Assembly (NCBI GenBank): GCA_035472675.1
Contig: DATIOX010000232.1
Coordinates: forward strand, 511 to 64,510
Reading direction: 5' to 3'
Source: Candidatus Dormiibacterota bacterium
GTDB lineage: Bacteria; Verrucomicrobiota; Verrucomicrobiia; Chthoniobacterales; UBA10450
DNA length: 64,000 nucleotides
Every line of letters starts with the position of its first letter. Position 1 is the stretch's first letter. The position numbers and the translations under genes were made by a program. The notes below the pieces were generated by a model, which saw only the letters and a program-made list of their open reading frames with translations, was not told where the DNA came from and did no database searches. Shown piece after piece: positions 49,602-59,668 of this stretch.

Positions 49602-51323
49602 ATGGGACTGGCCGAATACAAGCGGAAACGCGACTTCAAGAAGACAGCTGAGCCTGCTGGAGGCAAGCCGCTGCCAGCGAAAATCAAAGGCGCGTCGCGT
49701 TTCGTCATTCAAAAGCACGCTGCGCGCCGCTTGCACTACGACTTCCGCTTGGAGATGGAGGGCGTGCTAAAATCATGGGCACTGCCCAAAGGGCTTCCCT
49801 GGAAACGAGGTGAAAAACATCTTGCAGTGGAAGTGGAAGATCATCCCATCGAATACGCCGACTTCGAAGGAATTATCCCGGAGGGGCAATATGGCGGCGG
49901 CACAGTGATGGTGTGGGACGGCGGGAATTACCGCGTTTACGGCGAACAACCGGTGAAATCGCTTAAGGAAGGCAAGCTTCATCTCGTTCTCGAAGGCGAA
50001 AAAGCAAAAGGCGAATGGACACTTGTGCGAATTCGCGGTCGTGATGATGAAAAAAATCAGTGGCTGATCCTGAAAACGGGAGATGACGCGAAGCCGATAT
50101 CGAAAAAAATGGAAGACCGTTCAGTCAAAACTGGACGCACCATGGAGCAAATCGCAGAAGCTCGCGATGCTGAGTGGGAATCCGGTCGCGAAGCGGACGA
50201 GAGCCGTACATCACAATTCAAATCGCGCATCCGTGCCGTCGTAAAAAAAAAGGCGAAAGATACGGTTGTTGGACAGGCGCATCGCCTGCCGGCCGCAAAG
50301 CGGCGCGACCGAAAAGGTCGCCCTAAAATAGCGTCCCTCCCAGATTTGCCCTCTGGAAAAGCTCGTTTCATCGAGCCGATGAAAGCGAAGCTGGTTAAGG
50401 AACCACCAGCAACTGGCGATTGGATTTACGAACTCAAATTCGACGGGATCCGTCTGATCGGAGTCAAAAGGAAGGAAAAAGTTTCACTGCTGTCGCGAAA
50501 TGAAAACGAATTGACTCAGCGATTCCCCGAGATCGTCGAAGCGATAAAAGCTTTGCCCGCGCGCGAATGCGTAATCGATGGCGAAGTGGTTGCGCTGGAC
50601 GATGAGGGCCGTTCTTCGTTTCAACTTTTGCAAGCGCGCGAAATGGAGGGGCGAAAGACACCAGTTTATTTTTACGCATTCGATCTGCTCCAGCTTGATG
50701 GAAAGAGTCTGGTGTCATTGCCATTGGAGGCGCGCAAAAACGTTCTGGAAAAACTCTGTGCTGACGCACGTGATCCGATTCGTTACTCCGGTGCGATTGG
50801 CGGCGACGCCAAACGACTTCTCGAAGAAGTAAAGCGTCGCGGCTTGGAAGGGATTATCGGCAAACAACGTAACTCTGTTTACGAACCCGGGCGCAGAAGC
50901 GGCGCATGGATCAAGCTCAAATGTGTTAACGAACAGGAATTTGTTATCGGCGGATACACCCCGCCGCAGGGGTCTCGCAAATATTTCGGCGCGATCCTCG
51001 TTGGTTACTATGAGAATAAAAAGCTCGTTTTTGCCGGCAAGGTTGGCACTGGCTTCACTGTGAAATTGTTGTCGATGTTGTACAAGAAACTTCGGAAAGA
51101 AACGCGCGACGATTGCCCTTTCGTCGATCTACCATCAAAGCAAAATGGGCAATGGATTCAAGACATCACGCCTTCGATGATGCGCAAAATGCATTGGGTA
51201 AATCCGGTTTTCGTTTGTGAAATCAAATTCGCCGAGTGGACCCGCGACGGGAAACTCCGTGCGCCGGTTTTCATTGGGTTGCGTGAAGATAAAAAGCCGA
51301 TCGACGTTGTTCGCGAAGTCTAA
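49602..51323 (+). CDS. ligD: two-domain LigD: 3'-phosphoesterase plus ATP-dependent DNA ligase
   Basis: The N-terminal FVIQKHAARRLHYDFRLE...GGGTVMVWD is a LigD PE domain. A Lys/Arg-rich linker follows. The ligase domain has the ELKFDGIR adenylation motif and an OB fold. No polymerase domain is present. Confidence 0.85.
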   Translation: MGLAEYKRKRDFKKTAEPAGGKPLPAKIKGASRFVIQKHAARRLHYDFRLEMEGVLKSWALPKGLPWKRGEKHLAVEVEDHPIEYADFEGIIPEGQYGGGTVMVWDGGNYRVYGEQPVKSLKEGKLHLVLEGEKAKGEWTLVRIRGRDDEKNQWLILKTGDDAKPISKKMEDRSVKTGRTMEQIAEARDAEWESGREADESRTSQFKSRIRAVVKKKAKDTVVGQAHRLPAAKRRDRKGRPKIASLPDLPSGKARFIEPMKAKLVKEPPATGDWIYELKFDGIRLIGVKRKEKVSLLSRNENELTQRFPEIVEAIKALPARECVIDGEVVALDDEGRSSFQLLQAREMEGRKTPVYFYAFDLLQLDGKSLVSLPLEARKNVLEKLCADARDPIRYSGAIGGDAKRLLEEVKRRGLEGIIGKQRNSVYEPGRRSGAWIKLKCVNEQEFVIGGYTPPQGSRKYFGAILVGYYENKKLVFAGKVGTGFTVKLLSMLYKKLRKETRDDCPFVDLPSKQNGQWIQDITPSMMRKMHWVNPVFVCEIKFAEWTRDGKLRAPVFIGLREDKKPIDVVREV

Positions 51324-51423
51324 AACCAACCGACAATAATTGCTCGTGAGCCAGTGGTTACGTGCGGGGTTATAAGCGACTAATCAACAACAGGCAGGAC
51401 AACGTATTGGAGGTGCTCGTGTA

Positions 51424-53601
51424 ATGGCCAAGGAAGTTATCCGCGTCCGGGACGCGTTTTACATTCGCTCATCCTCATCTCGCATTGACGTTCGGACCCG
51501 GGTCCTTAAGCAGGGGGACACCTTCGGTGTTTTTGATCGGTTCGGTGATATCGACACGTTCGGTACCGGGGAACTCGGGATGTACTATCAGGATACTCGA
51601 TTCTTGTCCCGCCTGACGTTGAAGCTGGGGAAAGACCGCCCGTTATTGCTCAGTTCCACCGTCAGAGAAGACAATGCTGTTCTGGCCGTGGATGCGACAA
51701 ACCCGGATGTCTCTCGCAACGGCGAAACAGTGGTTCCCCGCGGAATTGTGCACATCTATCGTACGAAGATTTTGTGGAAAAGGACATGTCAGGAGCGGCT
51801 CCGAATCCATAACTATGGACGCGTCGCAATGGATTTTTCTTTCTCGCTCGAATTTGATGCCGATTTCGCTGATATTTTCGAACTGCGAGGCATGACGCGG
51901 GAGCGCCGCGGCCGCCGGTTAGAGACAGAAATTGGGCAGGGTATGGTCGTGCTCGCGTACGAGGGATTGGATCGACGACCTCGTCGAACGCGAATCGTTT
52001 TCGATCCGCCACCCAGTCGGTTAAGCGAATCTGCGGCCAACTATCAAATTCGCCTCGAGCCTGGCGAGAACGCCAGTTATCGATGGGTAATCGCATGCGA
52101 AGTGGATGCTGACTCACGAGCACAGATCAGGCCTTGTTATGAAGAGGTCGTCCAGGAGGCGGCGAGCGCGACGGAATCGGCGCATGCCCGGCAGCCTCTG
52201 ATTTTTACCTCAAACGAGCAATTCAACGACTGGCTGAATCGCTCGCTCGCCGATCTTGAGATGATGCGCACCGAAACTCCGTATGGGTCGTATCCTTACG
52301 CTGGTGTTCCCTGGTTTAGCACGGAATTTGGGCGAGACGGAATTATTACCGCGCTCCAGTGCATGTGGTTTGATCCCAGTCTCGCGCGCGGCGTGCTTGC
52401 GTATCTGGCTGCTACACAAGCGGACACGGAGAATCCAGAGCAAGACGCTCAACCAGGCAAGATCCTTCACGAGACACGCGCGGGCGAGATGGCCGTCTTA
52501 GGCGAGATTCCGTTCAAGCGTTATTACGGGACTATCGACGCAACGCCACTTTTCATCATGCTTGCCGGCGCGTACTACAGGCGCACCGGTGACCGCGCAT
52601 TTGCCGAGTCAATTTGGCCGAACGTGGAGCGGGCGCTTTCATGGATTGATCATTATGGCGACATCGATAGCGACGGCTTTGTGGAATATACTCGCAGATC
52701 GAAACTCGGTCTTATCAATCAAGGCTGGAAGGACTCTCACGACGCAGTTTTCCACGCGGACGGCACGTCTGCCGAAGGACCGATCGCGCTGTGCGAAGTG
52801 CAAGGCTACGTTTACGCTGCGAAGCTGGCGGCGGCCGAATTGGCTGAGCTCTTCGGCGATGATGCACGGGCGCGTGATTTATCGAAGCAAGCCAAAACCC
52901 TGCTCCGACGATTCGAAGAGAGTTTCTGGTGTGATGAACTTTCCACATACGCCCTTGCGCTCGATGGCAGGAAGCAACCCTGCAGGGTACGAACGTCAAA
53001 CGCGGGTCATTGCCTTTTCGCCGGAATCGCATCCGCAGGGCGTGCGCGTCGCGTTGCTGGGACGCTGACACATGAAACGTCCTTCTCCGGCTGGGGAATT
53101 CGCACAGTCGCTACCAGCGAGGCGCGTTACAATCCGATGTCGTATCACAACGGATCGGTCTGGCCACATGACAACTCGTTAATCGCCGCAGGGTTCGCGC
53201 GCTACGATCTGAAAGAATCGGCAACGACGATCCTCGCCGGTCTGCTCGACGCGAGCCTGTTCTTTGATCTGCACCGTCTCCCCGAACTGTTTTGCGGTTT
53301 CCCGAGACGCCCCGGTGAAGCACCGACATTGTATCCTGTAGCTTGTGCTCCACAATCCTGGGCGTCGGCCACTGTGCTTCTTCTCCTCGAAGCTTGCCTG
53401 GGCCTCAGCGTTTCGGCTTCGGAGCGAAGACTGACGTTCTCGAAGCCGATCTTACCGCGTTTCCTGCAGCAGGTGACGATCCGCGGATTGAAGGTAGCAG
53501 ACGGGCGCGCCGATCTTTTGCTTACCAGACACGACGAAGGGGACGTCGGCGTCAACGTGCTTCGCCGCGAAGGAGCGTTGGACGTCGTTATTTTGAAGTA
53601 G
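51424..53601 (+). CDS. amylo-alpha-1,6-glucosidase / glycogen debranching enzyme-like protein
   Basis: 725 aa. The N-terminal domain resembles a GDE N-terminal domain. The C-terminal (alpha/alpha)6 region has GVPWFSTEFGRDG, QGWKDS and NGSVWPHDN. Confidence 0.85.
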   Translation: MAKEVIRVRDAFYIRSSSSRIDVRTRVLKQGDTFGVFDRFGDIDTFGTGELGMYYQDTRFLSRLTLKLGKDRPLLLSSTVREDNAVLAVDATNPDVSRNGETVVPRGIVHIYRTKILWKRTCQERLRIHNYGRVAMDFSFSLEFDADFADIFELRGMTRERRGRRLETEIGQGMVVLAYEGLDRRPRRTRIVFDPPPSRLSESAANYQIRLEPGENASYRWVIACEVDADSRAQIRPCYEEVVQEAASATESAHARQPLIFTSNEQFNDWLNRSLADLEMMRTETPYGSYPYAGVPWFSTEFGRDGIITALQCMWFDPSLARGVLAYLAATQADTENPEQDAQPGKILHETRAGEMAVLGEIPFKRYYGTIDATPLFIMLAGAYYRRTGDRAFAESIWPNVERALSWIDHYGDIDSDGFVEYTRRSKLGLINQGWKDSHDAVFHADGTSAEGPIALCEVQGYVYAAKLAAAELAELFGDDARARDLSKQAKTLLRRFEESFWCDELSTYALALDGRKQPCRVRTSNAGHCLFAGIASAGRARRVAGTLTHETSFSGWGIRTVATSEARYNPMSYHNGSVWPHDNSLIAAGFARYDLKESATTILAGLLDASLFFDLHRLPELFCGFPRRPGEAPTLYPVACAPQSWASATVLLLLEACLGLSVSASERRLTFSKPILPRFLQQVTIRGLKVADGRADLLLTRHDEGDVGVNVLRREGALDVVILK

Positions 53602-53654
53602 TCCCATCTTTGAAATGCGCTTGTCCGCACGACGGAGGCAAATATGGTGAAGGA

Positions 53655-53957
53655 GTGAAAGCAAAGGTCATAGTCATGCCGAAGGCTGCGGTGCTTGATC
53701 CTCAGGGTAATGCAGTCCGTGATGCGATGCGGCACCTGGGCATGCCGGAAGTCCGTAGCGTTAGAATTGGGAAATACATGGAGATAGATATCGACGGCCG
53801 AAATGGTGATCTTGAAACGCGATTGCGCAGTCTCTGTCGCGATTTGCTTTCGAATCCAGTGATTGAAGACTACCAGTTGAAAAAAGCGGAGGACAAAGAG
53901 CAGAGGAAGACGCCCAACGCTCAACTGCGCAAACCAAAGACGAGGAAAGGAAAATGA
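53655..53957 (+). CDS. purS: phosphoribosylformylglycinamidine synthase subunit PurS
   Basis: VKAKVIVMPKAAVLDPQGNAVRDAM... with a GTG start. It carries an unusual ~25-aa Lys-rich C-terminal tail. Confidence 0.85.
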   Translation: MKAKVIVMPKAAVLDPQGNAVRDAMRHLGMPEVRSVRIGKYMEIDIDGRNGDLETRLRSLCRDLLSNPVIEDYQLKKAEDKEQRKTPNAQLRKPKTRKGK

Positions 53958-54136
53958 AAGCGCTGCGATATTTTTTCTGCGTTGTGTTGCCACCGCTTGC
54001 CGTGCTATTGACGGGTCGCATCGCCAGTTTCTTTCTCAGCCTCATTTTGACGTTACTGGGCTGGATTCCAGGCGTTATTCACGCTTGCCTGGTCGTCAAT
54101 GATTGTCACGCCGAACAGCGCGCTGGCGCGCACTGA
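53954..54136 (+). CDS. YqaE/Pmp3 family small membrane proteolipid
   Basis: 60 aa. The sequence VLPPLAVLLTGRIASFFLSLILTLLGWIPGVIHACLVV matches the family signature. ATGA overlap with purS. Confidence 0.8.
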   Translation: MKALRYFFCVVLPPLAVLLTGRIASFFLSLILTLLGWIPGVIHACLVVNDCHAEQRAGAH

Positions 54137-54140
54137 ATTG

Positions 54141-54878
54141 ATGATGAGATTCGCGGTTATTCAGTTCCCCGGTTCAAATTGCGATCAGGATTGCGTTGCG
54201 GCAATTAATGGACTGGACGGATTGCGCGCCGAATACGTTTGGCACAAGGAAACCTCGCTGGACCATTTTGACGCAATTGTGCTGCCGGGTGGCTTTGCGT
54301 ACGGCGATTACTTGCGTTGCGGCGCCATTGCGCGTTTTTCGCCGATCATGAAGGCCGTGATTAGCGATGCGCGCGCCGGGAAACTCGTCCTCGGGACGTG
54401 TAACGGATTTCAAGTTTTGTGCGAAGCCGGTCTATTGCCGGGTGCGCTGGTTCGCAATCGTTCGCTACGTTTCATGTGTGAGATGATCAATACCCGCGTG
54501 GAAGTGGATGACTCACCATTCACTCTCGGTTGCCCAAAGGGGACACTTCTCCGACTGCCGATAGCGCACGGCGAAGGCTGTTTTTTCGCGGACGCAGCGA
54601 CATTGCGCGAGGTGAATGTAAAACGACAAGTGATTTTGCGTTACGCTGACAGCAAAGGTTGCATTGTGCCGGAAGCAAATCCAAACGGGTCAATTGAAAA
54701 CATCGCAGGCATCTGCAATCGCGAGCGAAACGTGTTCGGACTCATGCCTCACCCTGATCGCGCGTCGGATGCGCGACTTGGCAGCATCGATGGTGCGAAG
54801 ATCTTCCGGTCAATGGTGCAAAGCATCAGCGCTAGTCGCGCGGCACGCAGATCGGAACGCGTAAAACAGGTTGCGTGA
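54141..54878 (+). CDS. purQ: phosphoribosylformylglycinamidine synthase subunit PurQ (glutaminase)
   Basis: [24 protein letters not shown], the nucleophile GTCNGFQ, and HPDR. Confidence 0.92.
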   Translation: MMRFAVIQFPGSNCDQDCVAAINGLDGLRAEYVWHKETSLDHFDAIVLPGGFAYGDYLRCGAIARFSPIMKAVISDARAGKLVLGTCNGFQVLCEAGLLPGALVRNRSLRFMCEMINTRVEVDDSPFTLGCPKGTLLRLPIAHGEGCFFADAATLREVNVKRQVILRYADSKGCIVPEANPNGSIENIAGICNRERNVFGLMPHPDRASDARLGSIDGAKIFRSMVQSISASRAARRSERVKQVA

Positions 54879-55522
54879 GTCTTTTCATCACCGGGACGGA
54901 CACAGGTGTAGGCAAGACGTATACTGCCACCCGTCTTTTGCAGCTATTGCGCGCATCGGGCGCGTCCTGCGCGGGAATGAAACCGATCTGCTGCGGAGAC
55001 CGTCGAGACGCAGAGCTTCTCCTAGCCGCTGGTTGTGACGGTCTGACAATCGAAGATATCAATCCGGTTTGGTTGAAAACGCCTGCGGCGCCTATCGTGG
55101 GCAGCCTGGTTGAGAAAACGAATATCCATATCGAAAATATGCTCGCCGCTTTTCATGCTCTTCAGAACCGGGTTGAACACGTCATCGTGGAAGGGGCCGG
55201 TGGCTGGATGGTCCCGATTCGTCCTAATTATTTCATTAGTGATCTAGCTGTGGCGATGAAGCTGCCAGTCCTGGCGGTCGCATACAATCGGCTCGGTTGT
55301 CTCAATCACGCGGCCCTCACTGTCCAAAGCGTCGTGGGACACGGACTCCGTTGTGCGGGGCTCGTATTGAACAACGCGCAAGATACCGGCGACATCGCCT
55401 CTCTGACCAATGCCGATATTCTCAGAAAAATTCTCGATGTTCCAGTGCTTGACGGACTAGGGGAAAACCTTACGGAATTGCCCGCTGACTGGCGACTTAT
55501 GCTGAATTCGACGATCGACTGA
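54875..55522 (+). CDS. bioD: dethiobiotin synthase
   Basis: LFITGTDTGVGKTY P-loop and VEGAGGWMVP. The GTG start overlaps the purQ stop (GTGA). Confidence 0.85.
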   Translation: MSLFITGTDTGVGKTYTATRLLQLLRASGASCAGMKPICCGDRRDAELLLAAGCDGLTIEDINPVWLKTPAAPIVGSLVEKTNIHIENMLAAFHALQNRVEHVIVEGAGGWMVPIRPNYFISDLAVAMKLPVLAVAYNRLGCLNHAALTVQSVVGHGLRCAGLVLNNAQDTGDIASLTNADILRKILDVPVLDGLGENLTELPADWRLMLNSTID

Positions 55523-55675
55523 TAGCGTGTCGCGTCGATACAGAGTTGTAAAAAAAACGAACACTTTTCTCGGGATTCTGTGTGCGCTCTTACCGGGAAA
55601 TGAGATTGGCATCCCTGTTGCTCTGTTTATCCCAAAAAAATCGCTTATTTTATGCTCTTACAAAAAACCTTACAC

Positions 55676-56128
55676 ATGAGTCAACCGGTGGCAGAGTGCA
55701 AAGCACGTCTTGCCAGCATTCAGTCGTATCGGCGGCAGTTTCTGATGGTCACTCGGGCAACTGTGACTTCGTCCAAGACGGTCGATTTCAGCTTCCGAGG
55801 CCCGCTGGGCTTTGAAGCCCATACAGTCCTCCTGTCGATTGAGAGCGACTCACCTGATCAATACGCGTTCGAGTCCGTCGGAGGAAATATTGCGCTGATG
55901 GGGATCGTCGATTTCGCCGAGATTCGGCCAAATTGCACCGAAGTCACGCTAGCGGTTCACTACGACATCAATAATAGGCTGTTTGCCTGGCTGGATCGGC
56001 GCTTGCATTTTGTCGACAATTTTGTCACTGCCGAACTGCGCAGTATCCGTGCGCACTTTGAAGGCATCGCTGCCAGTTACTTGGATCATGCGCGCGTTGT
56101 GCCGATGTTCCAAACGGCCACCGCCTGA
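55676..56128 (+). CDS. hypothetical protein
   Basis: 150-aa ORF with a coding-like composition. I recognise no motif, and an SRPBCC-like fold is only a guess. Confidence 0.5.
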   Translation: MSQPVAECKARLASIQSYRRQFLMVTRATVTSSKTVDFSFRGPLGFEAHTVLLSIESDSPDQYAFESVGGNIALMGIVDFAEIRPNCTEVTLAVHYDINNRLFAWLDRRLHFVDNFVTAELRSIRAHFEGIAASYLDHARVVPMFQTATA

Positions 56129-56185
56129 CAAAACCAGAATCTGAACAGCGGAGTGGCGTTCGCGCCGCGTTGCGTGCGCGCTGGA

Positions 56186-57361
56186 TCAGCGCACCTGCAC
56201 CGCGTGTTTTCTATCGAGACGAAGAGTCTGACCTGGCTCAAGGATAACTGCGGCCTTTGGGTCGCGAATTTTGGCTCCGTCGATTTCTACACTTCCCTGT
56301 TTAATCAGTCGCGAGACTTCGCTATGCGATTTTTTCAGATTGAATACTTCCCGATAAACCTTCGAAACGAGCGCCACGACTGGTAGACCCGCCCCTGAAA
56401 TCGCTGAGAACGCAGGCAGATCGGCGTGTTCCAAATCGCGCTTGCTAAAGCGGGTATTCCACTCATCGAGCGTTTTTTGAGCAGCAGCAGACGAGTGGTA
56501 CGTCTGAACAATTTCGAACGCGATCTGCTTCTTGGCTTCGAGCGGATGCAAGTTAGCCGGCGGAGCGCGCCCCAGGAGCAAGTCATAATATCGCGCCATC
56601 AAATCGTCCGAGATGCTCATCAGTTTCCCAAACATCTCAGAGGCCGGTTCGTTGATTCCGACAAAGTTGCCGAGGCTCTTACTCATTTTCTTGGAGCCAT
56701 CCAATCCCTCGAGAATCGGCAGCAGAAAAACGACCTGCTGCGGCAATCCTTCCTCTTTTTGGAAATCGCGCCCGATCAGGATGTTGAAAAGCTGGTCCGT
56801 TCCTCCAAGTTCTACATCGGCCTTTACCATTACGGAATCCCAGCCCTGCATGATTGGATATTGAATTTCGTGAGCGCGAATCGATTGCTCGTTATCGATC
56901 CGCGTCTTGAAGTCTTCGCGCTGCAACATTTGCTGCAAAGTCACCCGGCTATTGAGTCGAATAACATCTTCAAACGACATGGCTCGAAACCAGTCGCCGT
57001 TGCAAACGGTTTCTGTTCGCTCCGGATCGAGAATCTTAAAAGCCTGCTCGCGGTAAGTCGCCGCATTCGCCTGCACGTCATCGTGCGTCAATTGTGGCCG
57101 CGTCACAGATCGACCACTCGGGTCACCTATCATTCCTGTGAAATCGCCGATGATCAGAATTGCCTGGTGCCCCAGGTCTTGAAACTGCCGCAGTTTTCGC
57201 AAAACAATAGTGTGCCCAAGGTGAATGTCGGAGGTGGTTGGATCGACACCTAATTTCACACGCAACGGCCGGCCAAGCGCGAGTTTTTCGCGCAGTTCTT
57301 TTTCATCGATGAGTTGCGCGGCGCCTTGCTTTAGCAACGCGAGAGCTTCATCCGGTTGCAT
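56186..57361 (-). CDS. tyrS: tyrosine--tRNA ligase
   Basis: HLGH (HIGH) and KMSKS motifs, plus a C-terminal S4-like domain. ATG 57361 (the ORF opens at TTG 57370). Confidence 0.95.
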   Translation of the reverse strand: MQPDEALALLKQGAAQLIDEKELREKLALGRPLRVKLGVDPTTSDIHLGHTIVLRKLRQFQDLGHQAILIIGDFTGMIGDPSGRSVTRPQLTHDDVQANAATYREQAFKILDPERTETVCNGDWFRAMSFEDVIRLNSRVTLQQMLQREDFKTRIDNEQSIRAHEIQYPIMQGWDSVMVKADVELGGTDQLFNILIGRDFQKEEGLPQQVVFLLPILEGLDGSKKMSKSLGNFVGINEPASEMFGKLMSISDDLMARYYDLLLGRAPPANLHPLEAKKQIAFEIVQTYHSSAAAQKTLDEWNTRFSKRDLEHADLPAFSAISGAGLPVVALVSKVYREVFNLKKSHSEVSRLIKQGSVEIDGAKIRDPKAAVILEPGQTLRLDRKHAVQVR

Positions 57362-57390
57362 GATCAACAATAGCGCGCCCGGCCTGCGCG

Positions 57391-57906
57391 CTACTTGTTT
57401 TTGTTCAGCAACTCGCGCACCTGGTCGATCGTGAGCGGTGCGTTTTGCCGGTTGAGCGACTTTTGGCTTTTACCCTGATCCAGAAAAGGTCGGTTCTCTG
57501 CGTATCCGCGGCTAGCAACCTTTTTGTCGGATTGAGAGGCATCACGGGGTCCGCGGGCCGATTGAGTGGGATAAGCAAGTCGAGAATTTCCCACTGATTG
57601 CTGCGATGAATTCTGAAATGCGCTGCGGCTACCGTGAAAAGGCCGGGAATTGAATTGCTGCGTCGAGAGTTCACGTGTTCCCGAAAACGTTTTCGACTTG
57701 GATTTTTTCTCGACGTAAAAGGTACCGACCCTCGCCTTTTTGTTTATTGATGTGCCATCAGCGATGAATTTCTTCTTCTGCTCGCCGCTTTGCAGGGTCA
57801 TGTCCGGCCTAAGCAGGCGATCGACGAGCTTGCGCTCTTGGTCTTGAGCGCGGAGACAGCAAGAAGCAGCCAGGAGTAACACCGAGATCGTCAGCAATTT
57901 TCGCAC
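57391..57906 (-). CDS. secreted low-complexity hypothetical protein
   Basis: GTG start with signal peptide RKLLTISVLLLAASCCLRA. The rest is rich in Ser, Gln, Lys and Arg. It lies 30 nt upstream of tyrS on the same strand. Confidence 0.6.
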   Translation of the reverse strand: MRKLLTISVLLLAASCCLRAQDQERKLVDRLLRPDMTLQSGEQKKKFIADGTSINKKARVGTFYVEKKSKSKTFSGTRELSTQQFNSRPFHGSRSAFQNSSQQSVGNSRLAYPTQSARGPRDASQSDKKVASRGYAENRPFLDQGKSQKSLNRQNAPLTIDQVRELLNKNK

Positions 57907-58052
57907 GGGGCGAGGCTGCCGAATTTACGATGTGTTTGTAAAGCAAATTTGGTGATAAGCCACCGCCCTTCCTCTACAGACAAGACGTCTCCGCCACTGT
58001 GAAGCTCGAGTTTTTGTTGTGTTGGATCATGTCGTCAGGAAATAATGAGCGC

Positions 58053-58262
58053 ATGTCTGATCATGTTTACAAAAAGATTGAGGTTGTTGGCTCCTCGCCG
58101 AGCGGATTTGAGGACGCAATAACGAATGCGCTGGCACGCGCTGAGAAAACCGTTCGCAACATGCGCTGGTTTGAGGTAATCGAAACGCGCGGATACATCG
58201 AAAAAGGCAAAGTCGGTCATTGGCAGGTGACGCTCAAAATTGGTTTCACCTTGGAGGGGTGA
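58053..58262 (+). CDS. dodecin family protein
   Basis: [42 protein letters not shown]..., 69 aa, matches the dodecin signature. Confidence 0.8.
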   Translation: MSDHVYKKIEVVGSSPSGFEDAITNALARAEKTVRNMRWFEVIETRGYIEKGKVGHWQVTLKIGFTLEG

Positions 58263-58268
58263 TGTGGC

Positions 58269-58324
58269 GGCGTTCGCCGCGAGAACGCCGAATTAAGGGC
58301 AGGCACTCGCCTCGGCGAGTGCCT
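58269..58324. terminator. two tandem GC hairpins between convergent genes
   Basis: ggcgttc-gccgcga-gaacgcc (58269-58289) and aggcactcgcc-tc-ggcgagtgcct (58301-58324). Confidence 0.4.
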
Positions 58325-58331
58325 TACAGCA

Positions 58332-58613
58332 TCACTCTTCTTCCTGCGCCGCCTGATACAGCTTAGCGGCGCCGTAAATAAGAATAGCGGGCCTTAGTGC
58401 CACAATAAGCAATCGAAAGAGACCGCCCAGAATTCGGCCCAGCGGTAGCCGATTCAAAATGTAGCCCGCCATAAACGCGCACAGAAGGGACTGCGCCGGT
58501 TTTTCGCGAATGTAATCCTCAGTTTCGCTGAGAGCTGTCTCGACCTGTTCTTTCACCCAATGCAGTCCGCGTTCCGGAAATTCGGCAGCAACTTCAGCAG
58601 TTGATCGGTCCAT
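58332..58613 (-). CDS. small membrane-anchored hypothetical protein
   Basis: 93 aa with an acidic N-terminal half and hydrophobic segments in the C-terminal half. Any DUF883-like resemblance is tentative. Confidence 0.55.
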   Translation of the reverse strand: MDRSTAEVAAEFPERGLHWVKEQVETALSETEDYIREKPAQSLLCAFMAGYILNRLPLGRILGGLFRLLIVALRPAILIYGAAKLYQAAQEEE

Positions 58614-58661
58614 TTCGTTTAATGATTCGGATTCTGATCCTGCCGTGCGCGCATCGAACTG

Positions 58662-59573
58662 TCAACGCAAGGTCAGCCAAATCGAGCTTGCGCCTGTGCC
58701 CGGTGGGAAATCAGCCAGTGGAGGCGACCGGCGCAGTGTGCCGGCGCGGCGCGCTGCCTTGAGTCCGTAGCGGGCCATCACTTCCAACGCATGCTCGCGC
58801 AATGTAGAGCAATTAGTCGAGACGAGAACATGGCTGTTTCGTTCTGTCAGTTCGAGGGAATCGACGAGTAATTTTTCGAAGTCGTCTTCAACGTGAAAGG
58901 TTTTTCCTCTCGGCGAACGCGAAAAAGTTGGCGGATCGAGAATGATGACGTCAAATTTCTCGCCTTTGCCCGCTAACCGCGGTAATACCGCCATCACATC
59001 GTCGGCGATGAAGCGATGGCCCATTGTTGGCAGGCTGTTCAATACAAAATTCTCGCGTCCGCGTGTCAGAGATTTCTTGGAAAGGTCGATGTTCAGGGTC
59101 GTTGCTCCGACGTGAGCCGCGCTCACAGAAAAGGAGCAAGTGTAGGCAAAACAGTTCAACAGGCGCTTGGGCGCGATTTGACGGACAAAACTGCGATTTT
59201 CTCTCTGATCTGGAAACAGGCCCACGGAGAAGCCCGCGCCGAAGTCGATCCCAAATTTCAAACGTCGCTCGGTAGCGATCGTCTGTAGATTTTCGGCCGG
59301 GTTCCCACATATGAGCCGAGGCGATTGGCGTTGTTCGCTTTTTCGAGGAGCGAATCGAGCGAAAATGCGTTCAACCTTGAAAGGGATGCCGCTTGCCCAC
59401 TCCTTCAATTCCTGAATCAGCCGCTCGCGAACCAGGACTCGCTTGAACGAGATGAGAATGTCGTGGCCGAAGCGTTCCACCCAGCCACCCTCCATTGTGC
59501 AGAGCCGATGCGCGTCCGTTCCCTCGGCTTGGAAGTCACGAAACAAGCTTGCATTAATCCAGGCAGGACTCAT
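58662..59573 (-). CDS. class I SAM-dependent (RlmI/RlmK-like) methyltransferase
   Basis: LLNCFAYTCSFSVSAA and FDVIILDPPTFSRS motifs. Confidence 0.8.
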   Translation of the reverse strand: MSPAWINASLFRDFQAEGTDAHRLCTMEGGWVERFGHDILISFKRVLVRERLIQELKEWASGIPFKVERIFARFAPRKSEQRQSPRLICGNPAENLQTIATERRLKFGIDFGAGFSVGLFPDQRENRSFVRQIAPKRLLNCFAYTCSFSVSAAHVGATTLNIDLSKKSLTRGRENFVLNSLPTMGHRFIADDVMAVLPRLAGKGEKFDVIILDPPTFSRSPRGKTFHVEDDFEKLLVDSLELTERNSHVLVSTNCSTLREHALEVMARYGLKAARRAGTLRRSPPLADFPPGTGASSIWLTLR

Positions 59574-59668
59574 TTTCGTCAGCCGTATCTACGGGCATAC
59601 TTTCGATTCGGCATGGCCTAACGGATCGGTTGCCGCTGAAGCTGGGTGTCGCTACACTCCGTCTCCGA

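Noticed and set aside
53202-53993. 263-aa minus-strand ORF. Similar long antisense ORFs occur at 24947-25528, 37521-38003, 39657-40355, 48900-49571, 56426-57253, 60986-61564 and 62064-62756.
   Set aside because: All lie antisense to, or out of frame with, strongly supported conserved genes (the GDE-like gene/purS, tuf, rplL, rpoB, tsf, tyrS, lpxK and the integrase). All have low-complexity Arg-rich translations.
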